Made by a program: the position numbers and the translations under genes. DNA of 64,000 bases. It comes from Minisyncoccota bacterium. GTDB taxonomy: Bacteria > Patescibacteriota > Minisyncoccia > UBA6257 > 1-14-0-10-44-23. The stretch is taken from NCBI GenBank assembly GCA_041389085.1, contig JAWKSL010000001.1, forward strand, positions 102,765 through 166,764, in the 5' to 3' direction. This document shows positions 10,036 to 18,591 of the stretch, one piece after another (the first letter of the stretch is position 1; each line of letters begins with the position of its first letter). The notes under the pieces were generated by a model. It worked only from the letters and a program-made list of their open reading frames with translations, was not told where the DNA came from and ran no database searches.

Positions 10036-10410
10036 ATGACAGCGCTTCAGTCGAACTGCGTCAGCGGCATGCTCCACTCGCGAGGATGGTGGGTTGCGAA
10101 GATGAATGGCAACACCATCCTTCTTCGCGTCGTGCCCAACACGCGCGGAGAGGTGGCCAAGCGGCACTCGATCGGCTTCGATCGCGAAGATCGACATGAC
10201 CTGGTCGCCTGTGGTGCCTATTGCACCAGTGGGCTGGTGACGGAACGTGAGGCCATCAACAAGTTGGTGAGCAAGCTCGTCCGGGACAGGGTCAGTCTGA
10301 CCTTGAGCGACCTCTCCTTCGAGGACTTCTCGGGCGCAGCTCTGTTCGCGCACGACCACAGCATGCCCGCGGAGGTCATCGAAGCCTTGCGCAGTCGCGC
10401 AGTGGCCTGA
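10036..10410 (+). CDS. GC-rich orphan (cassette-type)
   Basis: TTGACT-N17-CACAAT, SD GGGAGG, downstream hairpin. Confidence 0.7.
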   Translation: MTALQSNCVSGMLHSRGWWVAKMNGNTILLRVVPNTRGEVAKRHSIGFDREDRHDLVACGAYCTSGLVTEREAINKLVSKLVRDRVSLTLSDLSFEDFSGAALFAHDHSMPAEVIEALRSRAVA

Positions 10411-10433
10411 GCAACGCGACACAACACGCAAGA

Positions 10434-10470
10434 GAGCCGGTACCCTTCGGGGTAGCGGCTCCTCTTTTTT
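10434..10470 (+). terminator. Hairpin with central 1x1 mismatch plus T-tract
   Basis: GAGCCG-G-TACCC-TTCG-GGGTA-G-CGGCTC. Confidence 0.75.
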
Positions 10471-12163
10471 AATTAATAGCTTTTTCCAGTCGCGCTTCTA
10501 TGTTTTTTATATGCTTTTCTTTGAGCGCGCTCAGCTCTGAACTGTCTTTGTGAAACTGCCGCACTATGTGGCGACCATACTTTGCACTTATCGCATGCGG
10601 TATGAGTACGTAGTCTGCGCCCTTTTCGTATAAATGCTTTGCTTGAGCGAGCGTGTCAGCTACGAGCACAACAAATATTTTTTTATCTAGCTCTTTTACA
10701 TAGCGGAGTAAAAGAAGGTTTGCTTCTTTGCTCGGGATGGTGGAGATAACTATGTTTGCCTCGTCGAGTCCAAGCTCTGCAAGAAACTCTACGTCTTCCA
10801 TGTCGCCGTAGCGGTTTTTTATCCCTTGCTGGTTTAGGTTTGCCACCTCCTTTGGGTTGAAATCTACAACGAGCAATTCTTTTTCAAGCCTCTTCACTCC
10901 GCGCGCTATTTCTGAACCCATGCGGCCGTGACCGAAGATAACAACTTCGGCTGCTTTGTCTTTCCGCCGCTTCTCTGTTTTCTTTTTTGAGCGCCAGTCG
11001 AAGAAGCGGAGGTAGTTTTCTAGGTATGGATAAATCTTGTGTGCGTAGAGAATGAAATAGGTAGAGCCTGCGATAGTAAAGAGTCCTACGAGCGTAATGA
11101 TAGAAACTACTTCTTGGTTTATGTGCCCTACGCTTAGTCCAAGCCCAGCAAGGATAAGAGAAAATTCACTGATTTGCGCAACGGTGAGTCCGGCAAAGAA
11201 ACTTGGGCGCTTTCTGTAGCCAAGAAGAGTCATAAGGATAAAGACGATGAGCGGGTTTCCGATGAGTACGAAGAGTGAAAGAATTATCGCTGGCACCATG
11301 AGCGCACCGATACTTTCGATAACCATCTGCGATCCAAGGAATACGAAAAAGAGTACGAGAAAAAAGTCGCGGAGCGGTTTGAGGCGAGAGCTCATTTCGT
11401 ATGCAAACGGAGCGATAGACATAAGTACTCCGGCAAGAAGTGCCCCTATCTCTATCGAAAAGCCGATGAGGTAAAACACTGTAGCGATACTAAGCCCCCA
11501 TGCGAGTGTGCTGAGAAACAGAAGCTCTTGAGAAGAAGCAAAGAAGTTTCCGAAGCGTGGCAGCACAAAACGCACGAGAAGATAAAGGGCAAAACAAACA
11601 ACCAAGAGCTTACCCATGAGCAAAAGCAGCGTACCTGCAACTCCTTCGCCTGCGCTTGCGCTGATGGCTGATACGACTACAAGAATGAGCGTAGCGATTA
11701 TGTCTTGGATAAGTAGGAACCCGATGGAAATTTTCCCGTAAAGCTTGTGTAAGTCTCCCCTGTCGGAAAGGAGCTTGAGGATTATGATGGTAGAGCTAAA
11801 AGTAAGCGCTATCGCGATATATATAGAAGGTGTTGTCGCGAAGCCGAGGGCTCGGGCTATCGCGTAGCCGATAGCTGAAGTGAAAAGCACCTGCCCGGTA
11901 CCCGCTATTAGAGAAACTTTTCCTACTTCTTTTATAACTTCGGGGCTCAGGTGCACTCCAACGATGAAGAGCAAAATAGCTATTCCAACTTTTGAAAATA
12001 CTTCAAAGGCTTCATGCGACTGGAGAATGTTTAGAAAGTAAGGCCCGGCGAGAATACCGGCGAGAATGTAGCCAACTACAAGCGGCTGCTTAAACAGGCG
12101 CATAATAACGGCGAAGACTGCGGCAACTATCAGTACTGCTGTAAGTTCTACGAATATTGTCAT
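10469..12163 (-). CDS. CPA2 cation:proton antiporter (Kef-type) with TrkA-N domain
   Basis: KQPLVVGYILAG, FSSTIII, LRDFFLVLFF, QISEFS, C-terminal GHGRMG; start moved to ATG 12163. Confidence 0.92.
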   Translation of the reverse strand: MTIFVELTAVLIVAAVFAVIMRLFKQPLVVGYILAGILAGPYFLNILQSHEAFEVFSKVGIAILLFIVGVHLSPEVIKEVGKVSLIAGTGQVLFTSAIGYAIARALGFATTPSIYIAIALTFSSTIIILKLLSDRGDLHKLYGKISIGFLLIQDIIATLILVVVSAISASAGEGVAGTLLLLMGKLLVVCFALYLLVRFVLPRFGNFFASSQELLFLSTLAWGLSIATVFYLIGFSIEIGALLAGVLMSIAPFAYEMSSRLKPLRDFFLVLFFVFLGSQMVIESIGALMVPAIILSLFVLIGNPLIVFILMTLLGYRKRPSFFAGLTVAQISEFSLILAGLGLSVGHINQEVVSIITLVGLFTIAGSTYFILYAHKIYPYLENYLRFFDWRSKKKTEKRRKDKAAEVVIFGHGRMGSEIARGVKRLEKELLVVDFNPKEVANLNQQGIKNRYGDMEDVEFLAELGLDEANIVISTIPSKEANLLLLRYVKELDKKIFVVLVADTLAQAKHLYEKGADYVLIPHAISAKYGRHIVRQFHKDSSELSALKEKHIKNIEARLEKAIN

Positions 12164-12189
12164 TCGCTTCATTATAGCAAAACGGCGCG

Positions 12190-12435
12190 TCATCTCTGAT
12201 CGCACCGCTTGATGGTGAGCGAGGAGCCACGGTCTCTTATTTGCGCTCGCCTTCCAGCGGCGCTCCAAAGAGCAGTCTCCTCGTCGTCGGTTATCTTGCG
12301 CACCGTATCGCCATCCAACACCTTCCCCGTAAGTTCAGGGTTTGGGTCGTGTGGGTTTTTGAGCGCGATGACCGCTTCGGCAAACAGGTAGTACTGTCGC
12401 CCGTACATTGTCTTGACCTGGAAGCGGGGCTTCAT
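12190..12435 (-). CDS. GC-rich orphan, translationally coupled to the upstream orphan
   Basis: ATGA overlap with 12432..12647; hairpin plus T-tract at about 12179-12207. Confidence 0.55.
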   Translation of the reverse strand: MKPRFQVKTMYGRQYYLFAEAVIALKNPHDPNPELTGKVLDGDTVRKITDDEETALWSAAGRRAQIRDRGSSLTIKRCDQR

Positions 12436-12647
12436 CGGGGCTCGCGCGGAACCTTCACCTTGAAGGTTCTCCCGTCCGGGCCCTTGTACACAGCCCAATC
12501 ATGGCTGGGCCGCTCAGGTGCATCGACCCTGGTGTCTACCAGGGGCCAGTGGACTGTGTATAGCTTGGTCGCCTTGGCGATGATGCTCTCGTCCCTCTCT
12601 TCCTTTATGCCCTCCAGCTCGCCCCATGCAAGTCGGTAGTGTGACAT
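12432..12647 (-). CDS. GC-rich orphan (cassette-type)
   Basis: SD GAAAGGAGG, TTGACA box upstream. Confidence 0.65.
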   Translation of the reverse strand: MSHYRLAWGELEGIKEERDESIIAKATKLYTVHWPLVDTRVDAPERPSHDWAVYKGPDGRTFKVKVPREPR

Positions 12648-12740
12648 GTTCCTCCTTTCGTGAGGATTTATTTAAAATACTGATTTTTACAGATTTGTCA
12701 AATATAGAAAGAGCGACCACGGCCTTGCGGCGTATGGTCG

Positions 12741-12938
12741 CTACTCGCTGATCAGGATTGGTACAGTGTACCGCTCCTTTTGAGGAGTCTTGAAAATCCT
12801 CAGGCGCTCGGTCAACCCTACTCCTGTCTTGGTGATGACCATCATCCTTCTACCAAGCGCTTCGATGCCTACCTGCTTGTCGCACGGCAAGACGTGTCGA
12901 GCTTCGCGCATGGGCAGCTGTTCGATGTTTTTCTTCAC
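12741..12938 (-). CDS. GC-rich orphan (cassette-type)
   Basis: SD GGAGGT, GTG start, TTGACA upstream, hairpin right after the stop. Confidence 0.6.
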   Translation of the reverse strand: MKKNIEQLPMREARHVLPCDKQVGIEALGRRMMVITKTGVGLTERLRIFKTPQKERYTVPILISE

Positions 12939-13040
12939 AGCACCTCCACTTATATTTTCTAACTATTTTCCATCTTGTCAATTTTGACTTCGATACGAAA
13001 TTTGCTCATGCTTAGTGTAGTTCCTGACTGGAGGTGACGT

Positions 13041-13835
13041 TTGAGAAAGATCCTCGCCATTTTCCTTTTCGCATTTGTTGGCTGCAAGGCTGCAATGCGC
13101 CCTACTGCGACGCGCGGTGACGCGCTTGCAGAGCTCAATCAGTACACGCTTCAGAGCATCGTGAACTTGCAACAGTTCATCGATACTCGTGTGCTGCTTC
13201 AGTGCTACATGAACACCTATCAGGTGGTTTGCAAGGCCACTGATGGCGAACACGGCGGCTCTGGCGTTCTCTTCGTTTCTCGCGGGAAGTACTATGTGCT
13301 CACCGCTTCACACGTCGTGATGACCGAGCCGGATACCATCGCTTCTCTTCGCAGTCGACTTGGTGAGCCGGCAGTGCTCAATACTGCTACCAAGGTGCGC
13401 GGCACCATCACCGTCCACGACTACGCAGGCACCGAACTCTCTGCAAAGCTGGTTTACTGGCTGCGGCAGTTCGACCTTGCTCTGCTTCTCGTAGACGAGC
13501 CTGCGAAAGTTCGCTCTGAAACTGTCTGCCAGCTCACTATCGAAAACCCCGCCCTCAACGACCGGCTTTTCCTCTGTGGGCGACTCTGGAAGAATGGAGC
13601 CTTGGTGCGCGAAGCGCGTGTACACAAGCACAAGCCTCGCGTCACCATGAGCAGCAGCTTCCTGGCGCTCAACTTCATTGAGGTCAATGAGCGCATCATC
13701 CCTGGGTTTTCAGGCGGGCCCGTATTCACATCGGAGGGGCGTCTTGCCGGCATTGTCTGCTCCACAGACAACCTGCACGCCTACTTCACCCACCCGACCA
13801 GCATCGTAGCCCTCCTCGAGAAGTTCGATGTCTAG
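13041..13835 (+). CDS. Trypsin-like serine protease, probable lipoprotein (GC-rich cassette)
   Basis: Catalytic triad LTASHV / DLALL / PGFSGGP; lipobox-like FVGC; SD GGAGGT; TTGACT-N17-CATGCT. Confidence 0.85.
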   Translation: MRKILAIFLFAFVGCKAAMRPTATRGDALAELNQYTLQSIVNLQQFIDTRVLLQCYMNTYQVVCKATDGEHGGSGVLFVSRGKYYVLTASHVVMTEPDTIASLRSRLGEPAVLNTATKVRGTITVHDYAGTELSAKLVYWLRQFDLALLLVDEPAKVRSETVCQLTIENPALNDRLFLCGRLWKNGALVREARVHKHKPRVTMSSSFLALNFIEVNERIIPGFSGGPVFTSEGRLAGIVCSTDNLHAYFTHPTSIVALLEKFDV

Positions 13836-13842
13836 CTCGAGC

Positions 13843-13882
13843 TAGGCCCGGCAGCGAAAGTTGCCGGGCCTAAAGTCTTTTT
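13843..13882 (+). terminator. Intrinsic terminator
   Basis: TAGGCCCGGCAGC-GAAA-GTTGCCGGGCCTA followed by a T-rich tail. Confidence 0.8.
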
Positions 13883-13918
13883 ATTGATTGTTTTTGAAAA
13901 ATTTTGTACTGTTTGTGA

Positions 13919-14080
13919 GCTGAGCTTGGCTTTGGGTATGTGGTGCATGGGAACCCCCGCGCAGAGGCTTTGCCCCCGTACCACTCACCCTAGTCGATGG
14001 GCCCCATCCCGCAGGCTTGGGAACGTGAGTTGCCAAGCTCAGCCTTCGCACAGGCTCGCTCTTTAACCGGAGCGAGCCTG
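13919..14080 (+). ncRNA. Candidate stand-alone structured ncRNA of unknown family
   Basis: TTGATT-N17-TACTGT promoter; perfect 12-bp closing helix 13919-13930/14032-14043; internal long hairpin; trailing 11-bp hairpin 14051-14080; no SD-led ORF. Confidence 0.55.
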
Positions 14081-14167
14081 AACCATTTCTATCCTTGCTT
14101 TTCGCCTGCCTTTTTCATATTGTTTCTATAGAAACTTCACAACGGTCCATAACCCGAGGAGGGTGCA

Positions 14168-14761
14168 ATGCTTTACTCAGCTAAGGCTGTGGTTTTCGTA
14201 CTCGGGCTCCTAGCTCTCACTATCGCCACGTTTATCTGGTCGACCTCTCGCCTCGTTCAGCAACATCGTGACGTCTACGATGATGTCGCTCAGGAATCTG
14301 ATAGGCTATGCGCCGAACAACGAGCAATTCTCGTGGCCGCAATCCAAGCCAGCGCACCTTCCCCGGAGAAAGTCGCCGGGTTCGCCCGCAACGTTGATAC
14401 GGTGCATCGTAGAGAGCGTCAGCGGAGTAACAGCCTTGCTGCCAACTTCATCCGCTTCTACGCTAGCAACGATCCGTACAGTGTGTCTCTTGGATGGTCC
14501 AGCAAGATCTTCAAAGAAGAGCTTAAAGCTCTTCAGCTCTACAGCGAAAGCCCGCGTGCTTCTATCTTGACCAATCGCTACTTCGAAGACGAATCCTCCG
14601 AAACGGGTTGGTCTTTGGAATTCACCGAGTGGCATGACGGGCGCCTCAAAGCCGAGATGTTCAGCTTTCAAGGCGAGGCTCGAGTATTCCCTAGCCTTTC
14701 GGCCTTCGAGGCTCGCTTCGGCTCGCTCGAGTACTTGCTTGCTCGTAGTGTGCCAGAATGA
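14168..14761 (+). CDS. GC-rich orphan with N-terminal TM anchor (cassette-type)
   Basis: TTGCTT-N17-TATTGT, SD GAGGAGG, downstream mismatch hairpin at about 14773-14804. Confidence 0.75.
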   Translation: MLYSAKAVVFVLGLLALTIATFIWSTSRLVQQHRDVYDDVAQESDRLCAEQRAILVAAIQASAPSPEKVAGFARNVDTVHRRERQRSNSLAANFIRFYASNDPYSVSLGWSSKIFKEELKALQLYSESPRASILTNRYFEDESSETGWSLEFTEWHDGRLKAEMFSFQGEARVFPSLSAFEARFGSLEYLLARSVPE

Positions 14762-14811
14762 GCACCATCGCAAACAGCGCGCGTCCTTCGGGATTCGCGC
14801 TGTTGCTGTTT

Positions 14812-15366
14812 TTAAAATACTGTTTTTTCTTTTTTTGCGAGCTCGAGGATTTTTTCTAAGCGTTTCTTTTTCGTAGCTTCTTGCTTAGCGCTTAAGTACC
14901 AACGATATATTGGCCTCTTTTTTGAAGGAGAAAGTTTTTCGAAAAACTTTCTTGCTGTTTTATTTTTCTTGAGCGCAGCTGCAAGCTCTTTCGGCATGTT
15001 TGGGTTTTTAGGAATGCCTGCGTCGTGCGTAGGCTTCTTGAGCCCCTCTTTATAGAAGTGGAGGCCGCGCTCTGTCATCTTCCCTTCTTTCTTAAGCTGC
15101 TTGGCGTAGCTCAAGGTATTGTCAGACCACTTTGAGTTTTTGTTTCTTCTGCTGAAGTGGCGAATGTAGCGGTCTTCGTCTATGCGCTTTATCGTTGTAT
15201 CTATCCAGCCAAAGCAAATAGCCTCAAACATAACTTCCTTGTGAGTTGGAAAGCTTTTGCCTGTATGCTTTTTGTGAATGATGAGCGCAACCTTCTCTTC
15301 CTTGTCGTGGTTTTTCTCAAGCCACTTTCGAAAATCTTCTGCGCTAAATACTTCAAACTCCTTCAT
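14812..15366 (-). CDS. YdeI/OmpD-associated family protein
   Basis: FRKWLEKNH, EAICFGWID, FSRRNKNSKWS, AKQEATKKKRL. Confidence 0.9.
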   Translation of the reverse strand: MKEFEVFSAEDFRKWLEKNHDKEEKVALIIHKKHTGKSFPTHKEVMFEAICFGWIDTTIKRIDEDRYIRHFSRRNKNSKWSDNTLSYAKQLKKEGKMTERGLHFYKEGLKKPTHDAGIPKNPNMPKELAAALKKNKTARKFFEKLSPSKKRPIYRWYLSAKQEATKKKRLEKILELAKKEKTVF

Positions 15367-15426
15367 ACCTTAACTATATCAAAAATGTTTGCGGCGCCCT
15401 TTGTTTGGGGCGCCGCGCGCTGTGTC

Positions 15427-15618
15427 TCAGTCGAAGGTCTCGGCTGAGTGTGGAATGCCTCCCGGGAAGATTTTACCCACCTCCTTCTGCCGGGCCTTTT
15501 CTTGCGCCTCCCTGATCTTTTTGTGCTCTCTCCAGAGCGGACAGAGAGCCGCTTGCCCGGGTGTGTAGGGCATGATTGCACCACAAGTCTCGCAGTGCTT
15601 GGCGTGTGTTCCGGGCAT
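15427..15618 (-). CDS. Small GC-rich orphan with a CxxC motif (cassette-type)
   Basis: TTGATT-N18-TAGGCT, SD AAGGAGG before ATG 15618, CETCG, hairpin 15391-15418. Confidence 0.65.
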   Translation of the reverse strand: MPGTHAKHCETCGAIMPYTPGQAALCPLWREHKKIREAQEKARQKEVGKIFPGGIPHSAETFD

Positions 15619-15723
15619 TCGCGCCTCCTTGGGTTGCACGAAATCGTGCTCTTTTAGCCTACCCTACACTCCTCCCAAAAATCAAACAGCCCTGCACCGA
15701 ACGTGGTGCAGGGCTGCGCTGGG

Positions 15724-16458
15724 CTAGCGGATGAGGCTGTTGTACTGAAGCACGTGGGCCACCATCGCTGAGAGCTGGCTTACGCCGTGTTCGTTGGGGT
15801 GAACGCCGTCGAGCCAGAGGGTTGAGCCCAAGTTGAAGCGCTTGCCGGCGAGCTTTTGACACCCGCCCCTGCTCGCAGCTATCGCGGAAGAGCTCATCGG
15901 GAAGTAGAAGACTCTTCCGGCGCGCTCCTTGCAGGTTTCTCTAACCTTGGCGTTGAAGCTATCTAGTTGGGCCTGCGTCGGGAACGTGACGCCGTAGAGC
16001 TTGAGCGCGGTGCTATCGGTCAAGTCAGGCACGTCGCCAAGGAGCACGGGGCAGTCGAAGTTTCGCGCAAACGACAAGCCTTGCTCGAAGCGCTCACCTC
16101 GCTCCTCGACTGGCCCGCGGTAGGCAAACCAGAAGAGAAAGTCGGTGGCAACGACCAGTGTAGGGTTGAGCGCCTTGGCAGAGCGGATCTGACTGTCGGC
16201 ACTTTCCACGAGCCTCTCGCTCATCTTGGCATCGGCGAAGTTGAAGACCTGGCAGTCTGGGCCCTGCAGGATCTTCTTCAGGTAGTGGTCGAGGGCTGGG
16301 GCCCACACGCCGCCTGCAGAAGAGCTTGCGCCGATGATGACGATGCGCTGCGTGGTACTGACCATGCAGGGCTCTACCGGCTCCTCCCTTCCTCCCGTAG
16401 ACAAGCAGCTCAGTAGGAGGGGCGCCATCAGAATGCAGAGGAGAAGTTTTCTAACCAT
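15724..16458 (-). CDS. SGNH/GDSL-type hydrolase lipoprotein (GC-rich cassette)
   Basis: Lipobox LLSC, block I IGASSS, block V DGVHPN. Confidence 0.75.
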   Translation of the reverse strand: MVRKLLLCILMAPLLLSCLSTGGREEPVEPCMVSTTQRIVIIGASSSAGGVWAPALDHYLKKILQGPDCQVFNFADAKMSERLVESADSQIRSAKALNPTLVVATDFLFWFAYRGPVEERGERFEQGLSFARNFDCPVLLGDVPDLTDSTALKLYGVTFPTQAQLDSFNAKVRETCKERAGRVFYFPMSSSAIAASRGGCQKLAGKRFNLGSTLWLDGVHPNEHGVSQLSAMVAHVLQYNSLIR

Positions 16459-16595
16459 GGGACGCACCTCCGTTTTCTATCTCTTCACCATGAAGAGTTC
16501 TATATTTAGTTTACTCCTATCTAACAAATTCTCTAAATTTTACTTATCGGCTTTTATAAAATAGACTGACTCTACCATCGTTGAAAGGAGCAACC

Positions 16596-16844
16596 ATGCC
16601 TTGCGACCATAAGCCTAACTGCGATCAGGCCTTTTGCATGGAGTGCGGCAAAAAAAACCCCTCCTTCAATCGGGATGTGCACGGAGAATACGAGAAGTTT
16701 GTTGATATGCACTGCCTTCTCGGACACCCCTTCGCTGCGAAATTCGCCCTGGAAATGCAAAGGTGTGGCGAGGAGCCGCCGAACTTCTGCCCCGAATGTG
16801 GAGCAGCACTGACCGAGCAGTCACCGCAAGAGCCACTCAAATGA
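16596..16844 (+). CDS. Double zinc-ribbon small protein, paralog A
   Basis: SD GAAAGGAG; FCMECG ... FCPECG. Confidence 0.75.
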   Translation: MPCDHKPNCDQAFCMECGKKNPSFNRDVHGEYEKFVDMHCLLGHPFAAKFALEMQRCGEEPPNFCPECGAALTEQSPQEPLK

Positions 16845-17194
16845 GTGGCTCTGTTCTTTTTCTTTACATATTTATTTCAATAGAATAGTATGGGCTCGTT
16901 AGTACTGGAGATACGACTAATGCCCTGTTCCCACCCCCAACCCTCCAACGTAGCTTTCTGCACGGAGTGCGGCGAGAAAAACCCGTACTTCGACAGGAGG
17001 CTATTTCAGCAGATGCACCGAAACAACAAGAGCTACGAGGAAGCTCTTGGGGACTGCTTCGAAGGCCACTCTGCTACGCTTGAGGCGGCGCGCATCATCT
17101 TCGAAGGTGAAGATGTGCTGCGCTACTGCCCCGACTGCGGGACGGTGCTCACCTAGCAGGAAACGCGAGAGCCACTCTGAGGAGTGGCTCTGTT
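16829..17194 (+). repeat. Two-copy terminator hairpin repeat (16829-16855, 17168-17194)
   Basis: AGAGCCACTC-N4-GAGTGGCTCTGTT in both copies; only the loop differs. Confidence 0.9.
16920..17156 (+). CDS. Double zinc-ribbon small protein, paralog B
   Basis: SD GGAG; FCTECG ... YCPDCG; aligns with paralog A. Confidence 0.75.
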   Translation: MPCSHPQPSNVAFCTECGEKNPYFDRRLFQQMHRNNKSYEEALGDCFEGHSATLEAARIIFEGEDVLRYCPDCGTVLT

Positions 17195-17196
17195 TT

Positions 17197-17646
17197 TTAT
17201 TGACAAATATCTATTTTCATGTTTAAATATCTGTCGAACCTCAGAAGAAAGGACTCGCGGTTTGAGCAAGCTTGGCAGGCATTTGAAAACGTTTCTGGTA
17301 CCGGGTTGCACGGCGCTGTTATGCACTCTACCTGCACCTGCCCGCAGACTGGCTGGTACACTGCTGTGCAGGCGTCTACATTTCTTTGCTCTGGCTTGCA
17401 CTCTACTCCTGCTACTGGCGCAGGCTCTGGGTCTGCTTGTACTTGTGGACATTCTTCAAACTCACAGTTTGGGCCGGTGCAGCCAACTGCGCTACCGTCT
17501 GGGCATATCTTTGCCTCAAGAGTGCAGGCTGTGCCATCTGGCTCTTTATCTTCGTTTATTGGCGCTTCCATCTTTTCAGCAAACAAGTAGCTGTATGCTG
17601 CAAAAGCGAGCACAAGGGCTATAAGGGCGAGTAATATTTTTTTCAT
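17197..17646 (-). CDS. Exported Cys-rich protein with Kazal-like module
   Basis: Signal/TM segment; ACTLEAKICPDGSAVG, CTAVYQPVCG, SNACQAC; C-terminus may be scrambled. Confidence 0.75.
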   Translation of the reverse strand: MKKILLALIALVLAFAAYSYLFAEKMEAPINEDKEPDGTACTLEAKICPDGSAVGCTGPNCEFEECPQVQADPEPAPVAGVECKPEQRNVDACTAVYQPVCGQVQVECITAPCNPVPETFSNACQACSNRESFLLRFDRYLNMKIDICQ

Positions 17647-17653
17647 ACTAAAA

Positions 17654-18193
17654 TTATACGTTATTTCTTAATTTCTTTCTGAGCTCTTTGTAGTTTGGGA
17701 TAGCTTTTTCTACGAGTGCCCAAAACTCTTTTGAATGGTTAAGTTCTTTAAGATGGCAAAGCTCGTGGACTACTATATAGTCTTGCAGCTCTTGAGGAAG
17801 CAACACTATGCGTGCGCTAAAGCTCATATTTCCTTTGTCTGAACAAGAACCCCAGCGAGTCTTTGGGTTTGTTACTGAAACTCTGTTGTACTGGTAGCCG
17901 TAGAGCTTGTTGAAGTGTGCGAGCCTTTCTTTTACCAGCTTTCTTGCAGCTTCTTTATTCTTTAAATACTGAGTTCGAGTAAAAGACTTTTCCGATACTG
18001 GCTTGAGTTTGCCGAGCTTTTTTACGTTTTTCTCTATCCAGCCTGCGTGAAGGCGCAAAAACTTTTCTATACTTCGCTGGCTTGCTCGTAGCGGCCCGCT
18101 TAATACAACTCTACCTCCTGGGTGTACCGTGAGGCGTAAATATTTTGAGCGCTTGGATTTGCGAATGGTAACTTCCTGCACTACTTCTTCCAA
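17654..18193 (-). CDS. M48/YgjP (DUF45) family zinc metalloprotein
   Basis: KTRWGSCS, YIVVHELCHL, NHSKEFW. Confidence 0.9.
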   Translation of the reverse strand: MEEVVQEVTIRKSKRSKYLRLTVHPGGRVVLSGPLRASQRSIEKFLRLHAGWIEKNVKKLGKLKPVSEKSFTRTQYLKNKEAARKLVKERLAHFNKLYGYQYNRVSVTNPKTRWGSCSDKGNMSFSARIVLLPQELQDYIVVHELCHLKELNHSKEFWALVEKAIPNYKELRKKLRNNV

Positions 18194-18360
18194 TCTTTAA
18201 TAATAAGGGTTTTGCCTACCTGCTCTACTACAACCTGTTGACGCTCCTGCCAGCGCAGGTTGCGAATCATAGAGGCTGGCAGCGTAACCCCTATTGTTCG
18301 TTTCCCGCCAGTGCGGAAAAGCTTGCGAACGTTTTCATCTCCCAATTTTCTTCGAGCCAT
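18181..18360 (-). CDS. AbrB/MazE/SpoVT-like DNA-binding protein (59 aa, missed by ORF track)
   Basis: MARRKLGDENVRKLFRTGGKRTIGVTLPASMIRNLRWQERQQVVVEQVGKTLIIKDWKK; VTLP...W pattern. Confidence 0.8.
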   Translation of the reverse strand: MARRKLGDENVRKLFRTGGKRTIGVTLPASMIRNLRWQERQQVVVEQVGKTLIIKDWKK

Positions 18361-18395
18361 ATTTTTCTTTGTTAATAATCTTTCTCTTAGTTTAA

Positions 18396-18470
18396 CACTC
18401 TTCCCTCCTCTGCTCTAGAGCAAGCTCTATATTATGCTCTAGAGCATAATATAGAGCAGACAGGGGAGTG
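18396..18470. repeat. Nested palindrome containing a perfect 34-bp inverted repeat (18424-18457)
   Basis: GCTCTATATTATGCTCTAGAGCATAATATAGAGC is its own reverse complement; TGCTCTAGAGCA occurs twice. Confidence 0.85.
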
Positions 18471-18591
18471 GGTTTTTAAAAAAATTGCGCGAAGAGTTCG
18501 CAGTGTACGTGTTTGCTGCTTTTCACTTGCCATTTCTTTGAAATCATTGCATTATTCTCTCACCCCTAATTTCAGGGTGGAGGTCTTTCAT

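Noticed and set aside
13919-14043. 5S rRNA (similar size and closing helix)
   Set aside because: Lacks the conserved CCGAAC and loop E motifs and has no rRNA operon context.
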